Of a DNA stretch of 64,000 nt, positions 12,433 to 26,539 are shown piece after piece (the stretch's first letter is position 1; each line of letters starts with the position of its first letter). Source of the stretch: Octopus sinensis (Eukaryota); contig NC_043007.1 in the NCBI RefSeq assembly GCF_006345805.1, positions 57,350,001-57,414,000 of the forward strand. Direction: 5' to 3'. The translations under genes were made by a program, and so were the position numbers. The notes beneath the pieces are model-generated. The model was not told the DNA's origin. It searched no databases and saw nothing but the letters and a program-made list of their open reading frames with translations.

Positions 12433-12625
12433 TGTCTGAGTGGCAGTGTGAAGCGGCTGATCTCCCTTGTTCGAAGGTTATAATGGACACAGTTTGTGTG
12501 TCAAATAGCTATCTTAAGGCGATGGCCTCATGGAGCTAATCAGCGACAGCTTTTAGTCTTATATCTATAAGACTGCCATATTAATATGGCGTTAACAATT
12601 AATTTATTATTAATATGGCGTTAAC

Positions 12626-12673
<48 letters not shown>

Positions 12674-12999
12674 CGAAGGCTTCTTTCAGTTTCCACCTAC
12701 CAGATCCACTCACAAGGTTTTGGTCGGCCCATGGCTATAGCAGAAGACACTTCCTTAAGGTGTCACACAGTGGGACTGAATGCGGAACCGTGTAGTTGGG
12801 AAGCAAACCTCTTACCACCCGCTTGCACCTATTCTTCATGACTTCGTAAAAATATTAAAAACAGTTATGACCGAAACTAAGTGGGATGATTTGACTTTCA
12901 GCCTTTTAGTATGTGTGATATCGATCAAACCATTTTTCAATTATACACCAGTAAACCTATACATTGACTAATAATGATTAGTTCACGCATGGCTGTATA

Positions 13000-13345
13000 C
13001 AGGTGCGGTTGTTGCTGTGTAGATAAGAAGCTTGCTTCCCAACCACATGGTTCTATGTTCAGTCCGATTGCTTGGCACTTTGGGCAGGCATCTCATACTT
13101 AGCCCTTGGCTGACCAAAGCCCTGTGACTGGATTTGGTAGAAGGAATGCTAAAGAGACCCGTCGTAAATATGTATGTGTGTGTGTGTTGTATTTGTTCCC
13201 CACCGTGGCTTGACAACCGGTGTTGTTTTTGTTTTGTTTTTGTTTTTGCGTTTCGCAAATTAGCGGTTTGGCAAAAGTAACCAATAGAATAAGTATCACA
13301 CTTTGAAAAAGATAAAGTACTAGGGTCAATTTGTTCCATTAAACC
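13000..13345 (+). mobile_element. SINE A (3'-truncated), followed by a partial body repeat to 13427
   Basis: Homology to 2740-3153. Confidence 0.75.
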
Positions 13346-13428
13346 TGTGTCTGCGCACGTGTGTGTCTTTGTCCTTCAGCACCACTTAACAACCGGTTTT
13401 GGTGTGTTTACGTCTCCGTAACTTAGCA

Positions 13429-13568
13429 GTGGCTTCTGCAAGTGTTAACAAACTCACAAAAGTTTTGTTGTACGAATTTTACGAAAAAAAATTGTAAAAT
13501 TTTGAAAAATTTATTGGCCGGTTTGCTCGAGTTGCAAAAACAGCAACAACAGCAGCAGCTACAACTGC

Positions 13569-13634
<66 letters not shown>

Positions 13635-15987
13635 TACAACTGCAAGAGCAACAACAGAAGCAACAACAACAACAAATAATATTACAGCAACAAATGCTAC
13701 AATTACTAAAGTCATTAGGGTAGTCAGAAAAAGTGTTCTCGACAATGTCACGAACTCCATAACAGAGTTCAAATACGAACCTGATGAAGGAGTTACCTTC
13801 GAAGCAAACTACAGAAAACATGAGCAAATCTTCGAGAAAGCAGGTAAAGATTGGAGACGACGAAATGAAAACACACTTGATCTTGAGAAAATTGGCAGCA
13901 ACAAAACATGAAAGATACAGTAATTATGTACTTCCAAGAAAACCTTCGGACATAATGACACAATAGATATATTGTGTAAAATTTTCAGTGAAAAAAGCTC
14001 ATCGTTCAACACACTTTGGAAGTGTCAGAACATAGAGAAAAACGACGAGGACATCACATAAACTGGAAGAGTAAAGAGGAAATGTGAGGAGTTTAAACTG
14101 AAGAAATTAACACCAGATATGTTCAAATGCCTGACTTTTATACAGGGACGAAAAGGATGCAGAAGTTAGCACTAGAATTCTTGCAAAGCTGGAACTAAAC
14201 CATGATGTAACCCAACAAGAGTCAGAAGAATGCGAAAAGATAGTCAAATTAAGACACGACGCAGAAGAAATCGAACGTAAAGATTGTTTCCAAGTAAAGC
14301 AAGTGCGAAACAGTCAGAATAGAGTTAAAATGCTTTCTAAAAAAACACGACAAAAATCAAGAAATAAGCCCATGTTTTGCATGTGGAGGTATACACCTGA
14401 GGAAAAAATTGCCCATTTAAAAAAGCGCACTGTTAAACTAAAATGGCAAAACGTCAGAACAAAGGATAAAGAATAAATAGTATGTCATCGGAAGAAATTT
14501 GAAATATAACGATGAGAAAATTCATGAAGGTGAAAATCAGAAATACAAGTGTTAAAATGAAATTGGACACTGGTAGTGATATTACTATTATAAACGAAAA
14601 TACTTGGAAGCATGTCGGTAAGCCAAAATTAATAAAATCGAAAAAGGTAGCATATGTTGTTACAGGAAAAAGATTATATTTTTTCAGTGAATTCATATGT
14701 AGTGCAGCATTTCGAGGTCAAACAAAAAAAGCAAAGATGTATATGTTAAAAAGTTCACTTAATTTATTCGGCACAGAGTGGATGGAACTATTCAAAGAAT
14801 GGAATACGCCCACGAGTGTTTTGTGTGGAAATATAGTCGGTTCAGTCGAAGTTTCAAATGCGGCTGAGGTACTAAAGCAAAAAATTGCCGTAAAACAGAG
14901 TGGAACACCGATATGTAAGCCAAAACGAAATGAAAAATTGCCCACGATAAAAAGTAAACATTGTTCAAAAGTAGATGTTCCGAAGTCGAGATTGCACATC
15001 GATTTCGCTGGTCCTTTAAATGGTTCTAACTACTTAGTAGTAGTCGATGTTTTTTTGAAATGACCAGAAATTTGTAAGTGCAAAAAACCAACCTCCTCAA
15101 CTGTGATAATTTTTTTACGGCGCCATAGCAGCCCAAATCTAATGGACAGGCAGAACGCTTTGTCGATACCTTCAAAAGAGCCATTAGAAAATCGAATAAG
15201 GAAGTTACGGATGAGATAGCTCTACAACAATTTTAAAGAGTGTACCGTGTGACACCAAATTTGATAAAACCAGCATGTAGCTCACCAGCGGAGCTGATGA
15301 TTGTAAAGAAAGTAAAATCAGTTTTTGATAAAATGCTACCTGGCAAGAAAAGAAAAAGTGCCAGGGAAGATATAGCAAGATTTTTTAAAGTTGGTGGAAT
15401 GGTGTACATGAAGGCATACAAGAATGGAAAGCAGTGTTGGGAAGATGGCATAATTACCAAATGCATAGGTAAAATGATGTATTGGGTAAAAAGTAGAAAA
15501 AGCATACAAAAGAAACACAGGAACCAACTGAAAAAGAGATTCGTGGAAAGCGAACCAAAGAAGTTGGAGGAACTGATGGAATGGTTGTACGATACGTTCC
15601 AAGTACCAACGCCACTGCAGGTGATTGAACCCAGGCGTACAAGTGAGAGGAGAAGAAAACATACAGAGTTCCTGAAAATAGATGCCAAGCGAAAAAAATA
15701 TTAAACTGTACGAAAAGAAAAATTAAGAAAGGGAGGTTGGGTGAATAAATAAGAATTATTGCTCAACAAAATGACACTTCCTAAGAAAAACTTCAAATGG
15801 GAGATGTAGGGAATTAGTAACCACGTGACGAATGGAATAACATAGTCACTATAAGTAAAGAGAAGTACGTGAAGTACCAGAGGACGTAGTAGGTGGTCAG
15901 AGAGAGTCGTGTCTTTACTGGTTTTACGAAGTGTACTGTATACCGAAGGGGTGTTATATTAATCCAACATGAAAAAAGATTATAACA
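13429..15987 (+). mobile_element. Degenerate Ty3/Gypsy LTR retrotransposon: gag-protease-integrase, RT/RNaseH deleted, single 3' LTR
   Basis: PBS-like TGGC at 13430. PolyQ gag then FKYEPDEGVTFE...RYSNYVLPRKP; protease LDTGSDITII; integrase RLHIDFAGPLNG..., SNGQAERFVDTFKRA, YRVTPN. PPT AAGAAAGGGAGG near 15724-15736; LTR-like TG...TATAACA about 15738-15987. Confidence 0.85.
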
Positions 15988-16480
15988 GTAACTTATTTTG
16001 ATTTTCATTTGTTTGTTTTTTTATATTCTTAATGAAATCATTCCCCAGAACCATCAAAAAAAAAGGTTTGCCCCTAGCTTCCCAATATGTTGCCAGAAAC
16101 CCATTTGAAACTCCTCTTCTGCCAACACAATCTAAAATATCACAGGCGTTTTAACTGGTGTCAGCTATTGCCTTCAAAAGCCAAGTTTTGTCTGTGTTTT
16201 AATGAAATATGTATCGCTGGCTAGGAGATAAATGTGTTTACTTTGAACCAAGATTTTGGACAAGAATAACAATTAGTAGGTTTTCTTTTAACATTTCTTT
16301 CGGTCAAAGTGAACGATGACAAGGCTCCTTTGACAAGAAAAAGTTCCAGAAGTTAATGAAATATAAATATCACTATGTTTTATCGATACTGACACCACAA
16401 ATAAGTACAATAGAATACGAAGAAGATCCTAATAGAATTTAAAACTAATAACATGGAACAAACAAGCATTGTACGTGAAA

Positions 16481-16532
<52 letters not shown>

Positions 16533-16849
16533 AAGCACACGCAGTTACACACACAGAGGAGTAGATACACATACACACACATAAAGCGTTAAATCCGAGC
16601 CTCTGCGCTGTCTGTTATCACGAGTATTTGTTGCCCATCACCACACAACCAGTAATACACCCTTTTCATGTGCACGTGCTTTCAGTCGCGCTTTACTAAC
16701 TTTTATGTACATGTATCTGTGTGTATGTATGTGCCTGTGTGTTCATGAGTGTGTATTGTGCGTCTGTGTGTGTGTGTTATGTGTTTGTGTGTTATGTATG
16801 AACAGGTAGGGTGTGGTTGGAGGGAGAGAGATTCTTATTTACTCCTCAC

Positions 16850-16922
16850 CTGAATTAACGTTTGCTAACAAGACAGATGATGTGGCAGCAAATCTCAAAT
16901 GTGGTGAAACGTGACGTCACAC
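16850..16922 (-). other. Candidate 73-nt spliceosomal exon (non-coding/UTR)
   Basis: Minus strand TTGCTTTTGTTGTCGTTGTTTTCTAG|GTGTGACG...AATTCAG|GTGAGG. Non-repetitive island with stop codons in all three frames. Confidence 0.45.
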
Positions 16923-17331
16923 CTAGAAAACAACGACAACAAAAGCAACAACAAATTACAAGAATATTGTAATCACGAAAGGAAAAGAAAAAACAAAAAA
17001 TACAAACAAGCTTTTCCGTTGTCTCTCTCTCTCTCTCTCTCTCTCTCATACATACACACACACACACACACAGACATTATTTCCTCCGCAATAATCACCT
17101 CCACCACCATCACCCTTACCGCCGCTGCTTGTCCTGTAAACACCGCTTTGGCTCATACATAAGTAATTGGTCATTAAGAGGGTGAAACGCATTCACATTT
17201 GCGGTCTTAACGCCGAAGGAAATTAATATTAGAGACTGTTTATTATTGATGGGGCAAGCGAGGTGGTGGCAGTGGTGGTGGTGGTGGTGGGAGGATGGAT
17301 AAGTGGAGAGGAATAACAACGAGGAATTATG

Positions 17332-17369
<38 letters not shown>

Positions 17370-17803
17370 ATAGAGAGAGAGTGAGAAACAGAGAGAGAGA
17401 GAGAAATAAAGGAACCTGTTTGTCTCTGCATATAGATTTCTCTACCTTTTTCTCTATATTTGCGCTTGTTTATTGTGTTTGAATAATGTCAGAAACACGC
17501 GCGCGCGCACGCACACACATACACGCACATACACACATATATACACACATACACGCACATACACACATATATACACACATACGCACACACACATACACAC
17601 ACATACACAAACATATGCACAGACGCATATATATTCATATATCTACATACATACATCTTATATATATACATATATAGAATATATAAGTACATATACACAT
17701 ACGTACATAAATACATTCTTTTATTCATTCATACATACATGCATATATACATATATAAATATATACATGCATACATTATATATATATATGTGTGTGTATG
17801 TGC

Positions 17804-17841
<38 letters not shown>

Positions 17842-18107
17842 TCATACATATATTTTCATATATGCATTCATATACATACATACATGCATACATACAAACA
17901 TACGTTCATATATACATGCGTGCATACATACATATATACATACATTCATACATACATGCGTACATACATACATACATACATACATACATACATACATGCG
18001 TACATACATACATACATACATACATACGTACATGCATACATACATACATACATACATACATACATACATACATACATACATACAACATACATTCATACAT
18101 ACATGCG

Positions 18108-18139
<32 letters not shown>

Positions 18140-18929
18140 GAAATCAGAGTGGAACAATAGCCATGGCTAGCCGTCTCAGTGATGATCAGGTGGGACAAAG
18201 CAACTCTCCTGTCCACTTCTTCATTAATTCTATGAGCTTGCTTTACAAGTCAATGGGTAGCCATTGATAAATAGATGTCGGCAGCGTTATGAAACGATGG
18301 TGGGAGAGGACGATATGGTGGACGGAGACGGCGGAAAGGTAACGGTAAGAGATATCAGAGAGAGGGGATAGAGAGAAAGGGAACGACTTCAGGCTAATGA
18401 TAGTGATGGCAGTGGTGAAGAAAGTGAATTTGTAATGATGCTCGTAACAGTGGTGGTGGTGTCGGAGCGTTGCTCGTAATAGTGGTGGTGGTATTAATCA
18501 TGGTGATGACGGTACTGGATGAGAAGGTGGAGTATTGACTGAATTGTTAACATGGGGGACAATTACATCCGAGTTCAAATCCTGCCGAGGTCAAATTTGT
18601 ATTTTATCCTCCCGGGATCGGTACGATTTCAGTGTTGGATTGGTAAAATTGCAAGATTGTTGGACAGAAAACATTAATATTTCTGTTCTTGTACCAAAAT
18701 TTGAAGCCAATTCGGGGAGGGGTAAGTCGATTAGATCAATCCTAGTGCTCAACTGGTACTTATTTTATCGAAAGGATGAAAGTCAAAGTCGACCTCGCCG
18801 GAATTTGAGCTCAGAACATAAAGATGGACGAAATACTACTAAGCATTTTGCGCGGCATGCTAGTGATTCTGACAGCTCGCTGCTTAATCATCCATAAAAT
18901 TTTAATCACAACAACAAAAATAATAGAGA

Positions 18930-19300
18930 AGCAGGTCAGATATGATAAAGTGGGAGTTAAAAAGACTGGTCATTCAAGAAAGTGTTCTAAATGTTGTTGA
19001 TCGAGCCTTGAAAACTATCCGTACTAATCTCACGATCTGGATTGAAAAAATAGGGATGCTTGTGAAGATAGTATACCAACAGGAAATGAAGTTGCTTGGA
19101 ACTGCACGAATCCTCCGCAGAGTTCTCGAAATTTGGATGGAAACCTTAGTCAAGTGGTTGTGAACAGTTGACAATTCGTTACATTCCCTTGCAAAGCTAC
19201 TGTGTTAAACAACAACAATAACATCGATAACGAAGACGACAATGACAACAGCACCAACAACAACAACAGCAGCAGCAATAACAGCAACAACTAATAACGA
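18930..19300 (+). mobile_element. 3' fragment of an RLE-type (R4/Dong-like) non-LTR retrotransposon
   Basis: ORF 18942-19163 KWELKRL...WIEKIG...LLGTARILRRVLE matches the C-terminus of R2/R4/NeSL-type proteins. Followed by a short UTR and an (AAC)n-like tail. Confidence 0.7.
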
Positions 19301-20316
19301 TGATGGTGAAGGTTTCTTTTAATTGCCACAGGGAAATCAGATGAGAGAGTCATTACAAGGACAGTTTGCAATTTGAGTGGAGATTTATATAAATGATGAG
19401 GTGTCCGTTTGCAAGACAGTGGGTACGATCTCAGAGAGATATATTGCTATTTTTAGCACACCATGGGACCACTTAGAGGCTGCTTCGTTGATTCGTTGCA
19501 CTAATTAATATTATGTAAGGGTGATCGTGGCAGTAGCATGGTGATATTAGTGTTAACTATGGTACAGGTGAATGGTAGGGACTGTTGAGATGTTTATAAC
19601 GGTATTGGTAGTGGTGGGGCTAGTAACAAGCGAAATTAATGCTAGTACAATTGTAGTAGTAGTAATTGTTGTTGCTGTAATAGTAGTACCAATTGCTCTT
19701 GCTGTTGTTGTTGCTGTTATATTTGATGTAGTAGTAGCAGTGGTGGTGGTGGCCATTGTGATCGACGTCATCGTCGTAGTAGTAGGAACGGTGATGAGGT
19801 TAGTGACAAATGGTGGTGAGTTGGAAGCAGTAGTTCAGTTAAAGTTACTAATGCTAAGGTGGCGTTAGTGACGGTAGCAGTAGTGGTGATGGTGGTGGTG
19901 GTGGGGACATATGATTTGTCTGTGTGCATGGAGAGGATGGTGGACGTTACAATGTTAGACGGGTAGCATGATGTAATGGATTTAGTAACAATGGTCCCCC
20001 GTCTCAGAATAAGGGTTTCGCTGCACCACAAAGCCGACACATCACAAGCTCTCCGATTATATACAGACAAGCAGGCAAATAGAAAAACGAAACAAAACAA
20101 AAAATCCCTTATGATTATAAATTTAAGATAATAAAAATATATAATAAAGATATTAAAATAAAAGACAATTAAAACAAAAATATAACAAATATAAAACAAA
20201 GATATCACAATGAGATAAGCAGGAAGTGACGTAATAAAAAAATAAATCAAATTACAATTCACGCTCTCATACATTCATGCATGTGTATGGTGTCTCTGCA
20301 TATATATGTATATATG

Positions 20317-20365
<49 letters not shown>

Positions 20366-20682
20366 GATATATAAATGTACTGTGCATACGTACGTGTGTA
20401 TATATATTATATGTATATATATATATATGTGTATATGTATGTATAATATATATATTATATATATATTATATGTGTGTGTGTGTGTGTGTGTATGTGTGTG
20501 TGTGTATATATATGTATATATATATATATATACATACATATATACATTTATACATGCATATATGTTTATTGTATGTATATATATATGTGTTATATATATA
20601 TACACACACACACAAACATACATACATGCATACATACATACATGCATACATACATACGTACATACATACATACATACATACA

Positions 20683-20713
<31 letters not shown>

Positions 20714-21194
20714 TTACATAAGAGTGTATGTATCTGTCTGTACAAATATATTCCAGTGTTCAGTCACTTTTACAAAGAAAAAATTGTTATGAATAATTGA
20801 TAACACATCAATAATTTTTTTTAATGGCTATAAATATTTAGAACTTAGCAAATTACGAGTGACCAAGCGTGAAAGGTGTTTTGTCTCATGCACACACACA
20901 CACCACACACACACCACACCCACACCACACACACCAACACACACACCCCCACACACCACACACACACACCACACCACACCACACACACACACACGCCACA
21001 CCACTCACACATACACTCATTCACTCCCGTATTCATACGGTCACGGATACGCAACTAATCAAGCAAGCTCAACGATGCAGCATACAATAGATACATACAC
21101 AAATACACACACTCATTCACACAAGACACAGATACGCACGCGCAGATCAATGAAATAGGCATTAACTCTGCTGAACTTACAGACATACCTACAA

Positions 21195-21233
<39 letters not shown>

Positions 21234-21639
21234 AGGGTATATATGTGTATATATATATATGTATATATATACACATATATACGTACATATGTGTATATAT
21301 TTGTATATACATATTATAGAGATATGTATATATATACATATATATATAGATATATACATGCATATGTATATATGTACATACATATGTATATATGAAAATG
21401 TATATATATGTACATATATATACATATATATACATATGTATATATATACATATATATACATATATATATACATATGTATATATACATATATATATATACA
21501 TATATATATACATATATATATATATATACATATGTATATATATGTATATATATGCATATATATGTATATATATACACATTTATATGTATAGATATGTATA
21601 TATATATATATATATATATGATAACAAAATAATAAATAA

Positions 21640-21870
21640 CATATGCATATATACATACATATATGTACGTACCTACATCTATATGTATATATACATGCAT
21701 ATATGGGTACAGGACACCAAAAAATCGTAGAACACAATGAGAAACGAAAACATAAAAACATATAAAAACAAAACCATGGAAACGGACTTTTTCAAACAAG
21801 TCAAAAACAGAGTACAAGACATACAACACAAGGAATATTCCCCTTCTTCAGCTGCCCCTGCTTCGACTAC
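21640..21870 (-). mobile_element. Truncated copy of the 28745-29350 repeat family
   Basis: Shares CAGCTGA(A/T)GAAGGGGA...TTCCTTGTG...GGTGTCCTGTAC with 29088-29340. Confidence 0.7.
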
Positions 21871-21909
21871 TCCTTGTTACATATGTATGTATGTAAATCT
21901 ATACATATA

Positions 21910-22777
21910 TAGGATGCAATGGGTAAATTGTCGCCATTTTATATTTTTAATTTCGCGCATGTGCATTGTTTGTTTTTGATTTTGTCGACTTCACAGTATA
22001 GTAGGGTCAGTTTGGCACATCTCTGAGAAAAACAGCACCATGGTGAAATTCACTCTGCCAGAAATTTGGAAATGACATGCTGTACTGCATAGCATTCGCG
22101 CCCGAAGCTCCAGTATGAAAATTTCAGAGTGTTTGGGTGTCAATCTGAGAATAGTGCAATCTAAGGAGATGTACCGAAAGTGATAAAAATGAAATATTCA
22201 GTCAACATCAAGACGCTTGGAGTGATCACTAGTGATGGCAACATTATACTTCCATTCTTCGTCCCACATTGCCTCAGACTCAACACGGAGGCTTACATCA
22301 AGTGCCTTGAGGAGTTAGGGTTGCCCTGGGTCAAGAGGGTGGCTTCTGGAAGGCCCTTTGTCTCGCAACAGGACTCATGCAGGAGAACCCAGTCATGGAT
22401 GTCAGAAAGTTTCTGCAACCACATTACCCCTAACATCTCGCCACCTAAGTCCTCAGGCCGCAATCCCATTGATTATTATGTTTGGGGCACAGTCGGGAGA
22501 GTGACCAATAAAATTCCTTGTAACAGCAAAGATGAACTGAAGGCAAGTATTATGGTGGCATTGACCAACTTAAAGAAGGAGACCATCCAGAAGAGTTGCA
22601 GGAGATTCCGAAGTCGTCTGGAGGCCGTGGTTGAAGCCAATGGCGATTTTACTGAATAAATTTACTCTTTAGTATTTCAAGATATTTCTACGTAATTTCG
22701 GTAAATATCTCTGTTGAAATGAGATGTCAGTGCATAATTTTGCATAATTTAGACGACAGTGTATTCGCCGCACCCTG
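21910..22777 (+). mobile_element. Internally deleted Tc1/mariner DD37D (maT-like) transposon
   Basis: Imperfect TIRs AGGATGCAATGGGTAAATTGTCG / CGACAGTGTATTCGCCGCACCCTG in TA context. ORF 22180-22659 has QQDS...NPIDYYVW...FRSRLEAVVEANG. Confidence 0.85.
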
Positions 22778-22998
22778 TATGTATTACCATGCATACAAAA
22801 ATCAAGTTGCAAGGAGCAAACACATTTGTACAGGTTTGCGTATTCACCCCACTCACACACACACATGTATATATGTGTATGTGTGTATGTATGTGTGTAT
22901 GTATGTATGTATGTATGTATGTATGTATGTATGTATGTATGAATGTATGTATGTATGTATATATATGTAAATATACATATATATATAATATATATATA

Positions 22999-23038
<40 letters not shown>

Positions 23039-24738
23039 GGTATGTATGTGCGACTTCATATATGGGGTGGGAATGTATGTGTCTGTGTGCGTGCGTGTAT
23101 AATTTCCAACTCATCTCCGCTGTGCAATTTAAACTCATTCTTCCTTCACTCTGGAATGTTCTGTCTACATCTATGTAGAATCGGGTCTCCTATTCAATGC
23201 AACTCTCTCACTAGGAAATTGTTAAAAAGGATCCTAAGGGAGACTATCTCTATGCACCCGAACTCCTTCAGCATGTCATTTTCAAATTTCTGGCAGAATG
23301 TTTTGTTTTTCAGAAATCAATACAACAATTCTTCTTATCCTGTACTTATATCCTTTACCGACATATGAATACTCCAAACGCCGTTTCTGACCTTGTCTCC
23401 TATCGAATCGCCCAACCAGGCCAAAATCATGGTTACCGTGTACACATCCATAGAGGACTCGATGTCAGGTAGCTCGTCAGAGCTACCTATTTCTGGAAGT
23501 ATATATACTTCACTTTTGATCCCATAGAGGCAGATAAACAAGCGACTGAGACCATTCTTTTGATGATGTCCTTTGTCATCCCTCATACAAAGACATGATG
23601 CTAAATCTTTTAAGTGGTTCGTATGTAGCTGTTTTGTATCAGTACAATAATGGGACTAAGCCATGTACACCATCTATATTAACATTTACCTATCAACAGA
23701 CCTCATATAATATTGATTTCAAAGGTCAGCAATTTCGGGTTAAGGAGGATAGTCGGTTATATCGACCCCAGTATTCAACTGGTACTTTCTTTATCAATCC
23801 CGAAGGGATGAAAGGCAAAAGTGATCTCGGTGGAATTTGAATTCAGAATGGTAAAGACGGATGAAATGCCGCTAAGCATTTTGCCCGGCTTGCTAACGAA
23901 TCTGCCAGCTTGTTGGCTGTACTATTCCCATACGAAAGGCACTCGTCGAGCTCTTGCTTATCTCTAATTGCAGTCAAGCTTTTTCAGCCATTACAAAAAT
24001 AGTCACTATCAACATATGAACCATCAGAATCTTCCCAGCCACCACTTCTCCATTAAGATTGCTCTATCACCGCAATACATGCATCGAGCTAATATATGCA
24101 TCGAGCTAATATAGCTCGACATATACAAATGTCTTGAGGGCATCCAAAAGACGTATAATCTATTTTGATAAAGACTTAAGTCTACTATCACACAACAACC
24201 TTTGGCACATTAATGCACACTTTTCTCTTTATCTCCCTATTATTTGCAACGACCCATATTTGTCTTGTCTAGTTTGTTATGCAGCATTTCTAGCGTAGCT
24301 CATTCGGCAATTTCGCCTGTCTCTGTTTCGTCACCCAAATATATTTCACAACCAAAAATGCTACTAGTCGCTTAGCCGCTTCTTTCTATTTTTCCTCTCC
24401 AACATACAATTCCCTAAAATTCTTTCTTCGACAAAATATTTCCTACGAATGGCGATTTATTCATGTTCAAGCAGAACAAAAACCGAAAGGATGTCATCAC
24501 TTTCGACATCCCCAATATCATAGATGGCAAACAATCCACCTCGGTCAACTTTTTCTTCTCCTTCTCTTCCCCCTTTTCCTTTTCCTCTTACCCTTTATCA
24601 TAATCCTGCACCAGCATCAACAACACCGACACCACTAGCGCCAAGCGATGCAGTAACAATATCAGTAACACCATAGACACCAGCGGCATCACTGCCGGCA
24701 TCATCTTCATTATCATCGTCGTCGCCATCATCATCATC

Positions 24739-24791
<53 letters not shown>

Positions 24792-24832
24792 GTCCTCGTC
24801 GCTGTCGTCGTCGTCGACGTCTTCATCATCAT

Positions 24833-24864
<32 letters not shown>

Positions 24865-26539
24865 CAGCAAACAGCAACAAAAAAAAAGCGAATGAGAGCA
24901 ACTCAAAGTAGATATCTGCATTAAATGCATTCTAATGTCTTATTTTCAATTTGCTCGATCACAGTATCACAATAACAAGAACAACAAAAACAAAAGCAAC
25001 AACACCAGCAAGCACCCCTGCATCACCACCATCACCATCGCCAACAAAAACAACGACAATACCAGTAACTGCAATCACCGCTAACACAAATGATGTTCAT
25101 ACAACGAAAGAGATGAAGAGAAATATTACAAGGGAGGTGGTAATTATTTATGTAACATTATATTGTAAGCTTATGAACTCTAGCTGAATAATGGTACCCC
25201 TAACTATGTTGTCACTATTCTGGGTAGATGGGGTAGGTTTTAAATCATGCGGGTACATGCTATATTTATGCCTCCCAAACTTTTAACGAGAATATTGACT
25301 ACATTTTTTTCGATTTTTTAGAAATATTTTTATTCATTACATTAATTGCAGTATTTCCGCTGTCATATTTCCTTCGTTTTTATTGTTAATGCACACACAC
25401 ACACACATGAGTGTGTGTTTATTTATATATGTGCATACATACATACACACATGCATACATACATACATGCATACATACATACATACATACATACATACAT
25501 ACATACATACATACATACACTTATATATTTTATTTGTTACTTGATTCCGCCATTGGATTGCGGCCATGCTAGAGTAAAATCTTAAATGATTTTAGTCAAA
25601 ACAAAACTTGGAGTTCTTTTAATTGTAGTACTTATTCTATCAATCTGTTTTGCCGAACCGCTATGTTATTGGGATGCAAATAATCCAACACCGGTAGCCA
25701 AGTGGCGGGTATGTGTCAAACACACAGACACACACACAGATTGGCATATTGAGTGCTAGTGAAATCACTAGTGGTCACTGTCAAACAACGGACACAAAAC
25801 GCTTATATCGAGGAGAATTAATAAATAATTATTACATAGTTTCATGGCAACATGTCATCTGTTTCGGACTTACGAGCTTAGCGAACAAATATAAAACAGA
25901 ATCATTTAAAGGAATATATACATATATACTTTCACTATTTGGCTGTCATATAGGGAGAGAATGCGGAAAATGCAACTGATAGAATAAAAACATACCTACA
26001 TTGTTCTTTCAAGTAACTCGGACTAATTATTAGGAATGAAACTAACGTCAATAAAATTTACTTTTTAGCTGTCGCTCGAGATTTCCTTGCTTCTGTCCAC
26101 CATTCAAATCCTTAAATCACAGTCATTAACTTTCAGATCATTCCACGAATATATATTTCAATGAAACAATAGATCGAAACTACTTCAAAGTGTATAATAC
26201 GCTATATTGATTCTGCATGACAACATTCATACACATAGAAACATTAAAAAAAGTATAAACGTTACATGGTATAACACTGTTTACATCAGCCGTAGTTGAT
26301 TCAAAGATTAGACCCTTCATCAACTTTCTTAGAAAACATTTGACACACAGCATACATACCACACAATTTTTATAAGAATATCATAGAAATAGCTAATTCT
26401 ACCCAGTTTTGCACTGAGCCGAGCTTATCAAGTGTATAAAAGTCCTACTCTGCATCCAACAGCACCTATAACCAAAAGCTTGGCATGAGCATGAATTGAC
26501 ATTGCATAAACCCTCACATTTGCAGTTTAGACTCTAAAC

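Larger units (their letters stand above)
12069..12605. mobile_element. Palindromic hammerhead-bearing element (Penelope pLTR/retrozyme-like)
   Basis: 219-bp arms 12069-12287 and 12387-12605 with few mismatches and a 99-bp spacer. Each arm begins with an outward-facing HHR. Confidence 0.85.
11740..12830 (-). mobile_element. SINE A split by a palindromic element inserted in its internal microsatellite
   Basis: Tail at 11740-11925 and head at 12672-12830 on the same strand, separated by (CA)n/(TA)n and the 12069-12605 palindrome. Confidence 0.75.

Noticed and set aside
13781-13806. CTGATGAAGGAGTTACCTTCGAAG hammerhead look-alike
   Set aside because: GAAG instead of GAAA, no stem I or III, and it is Gag coding sequence (EPDEGVTFEA).
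17473-18267. 264-aa ORF and the many other YI/HT/CV/MYVC-rich ORFs
   Set aside because: Translations of (TA)n, (CA)n and (TACA)n microsatellites that lack stop codons by composition; no domain content.
23100-23640. Possible decayed retroelement ORF on the minus strand
   Set aside because: Coding-like composition but no motif I can identify confidently.
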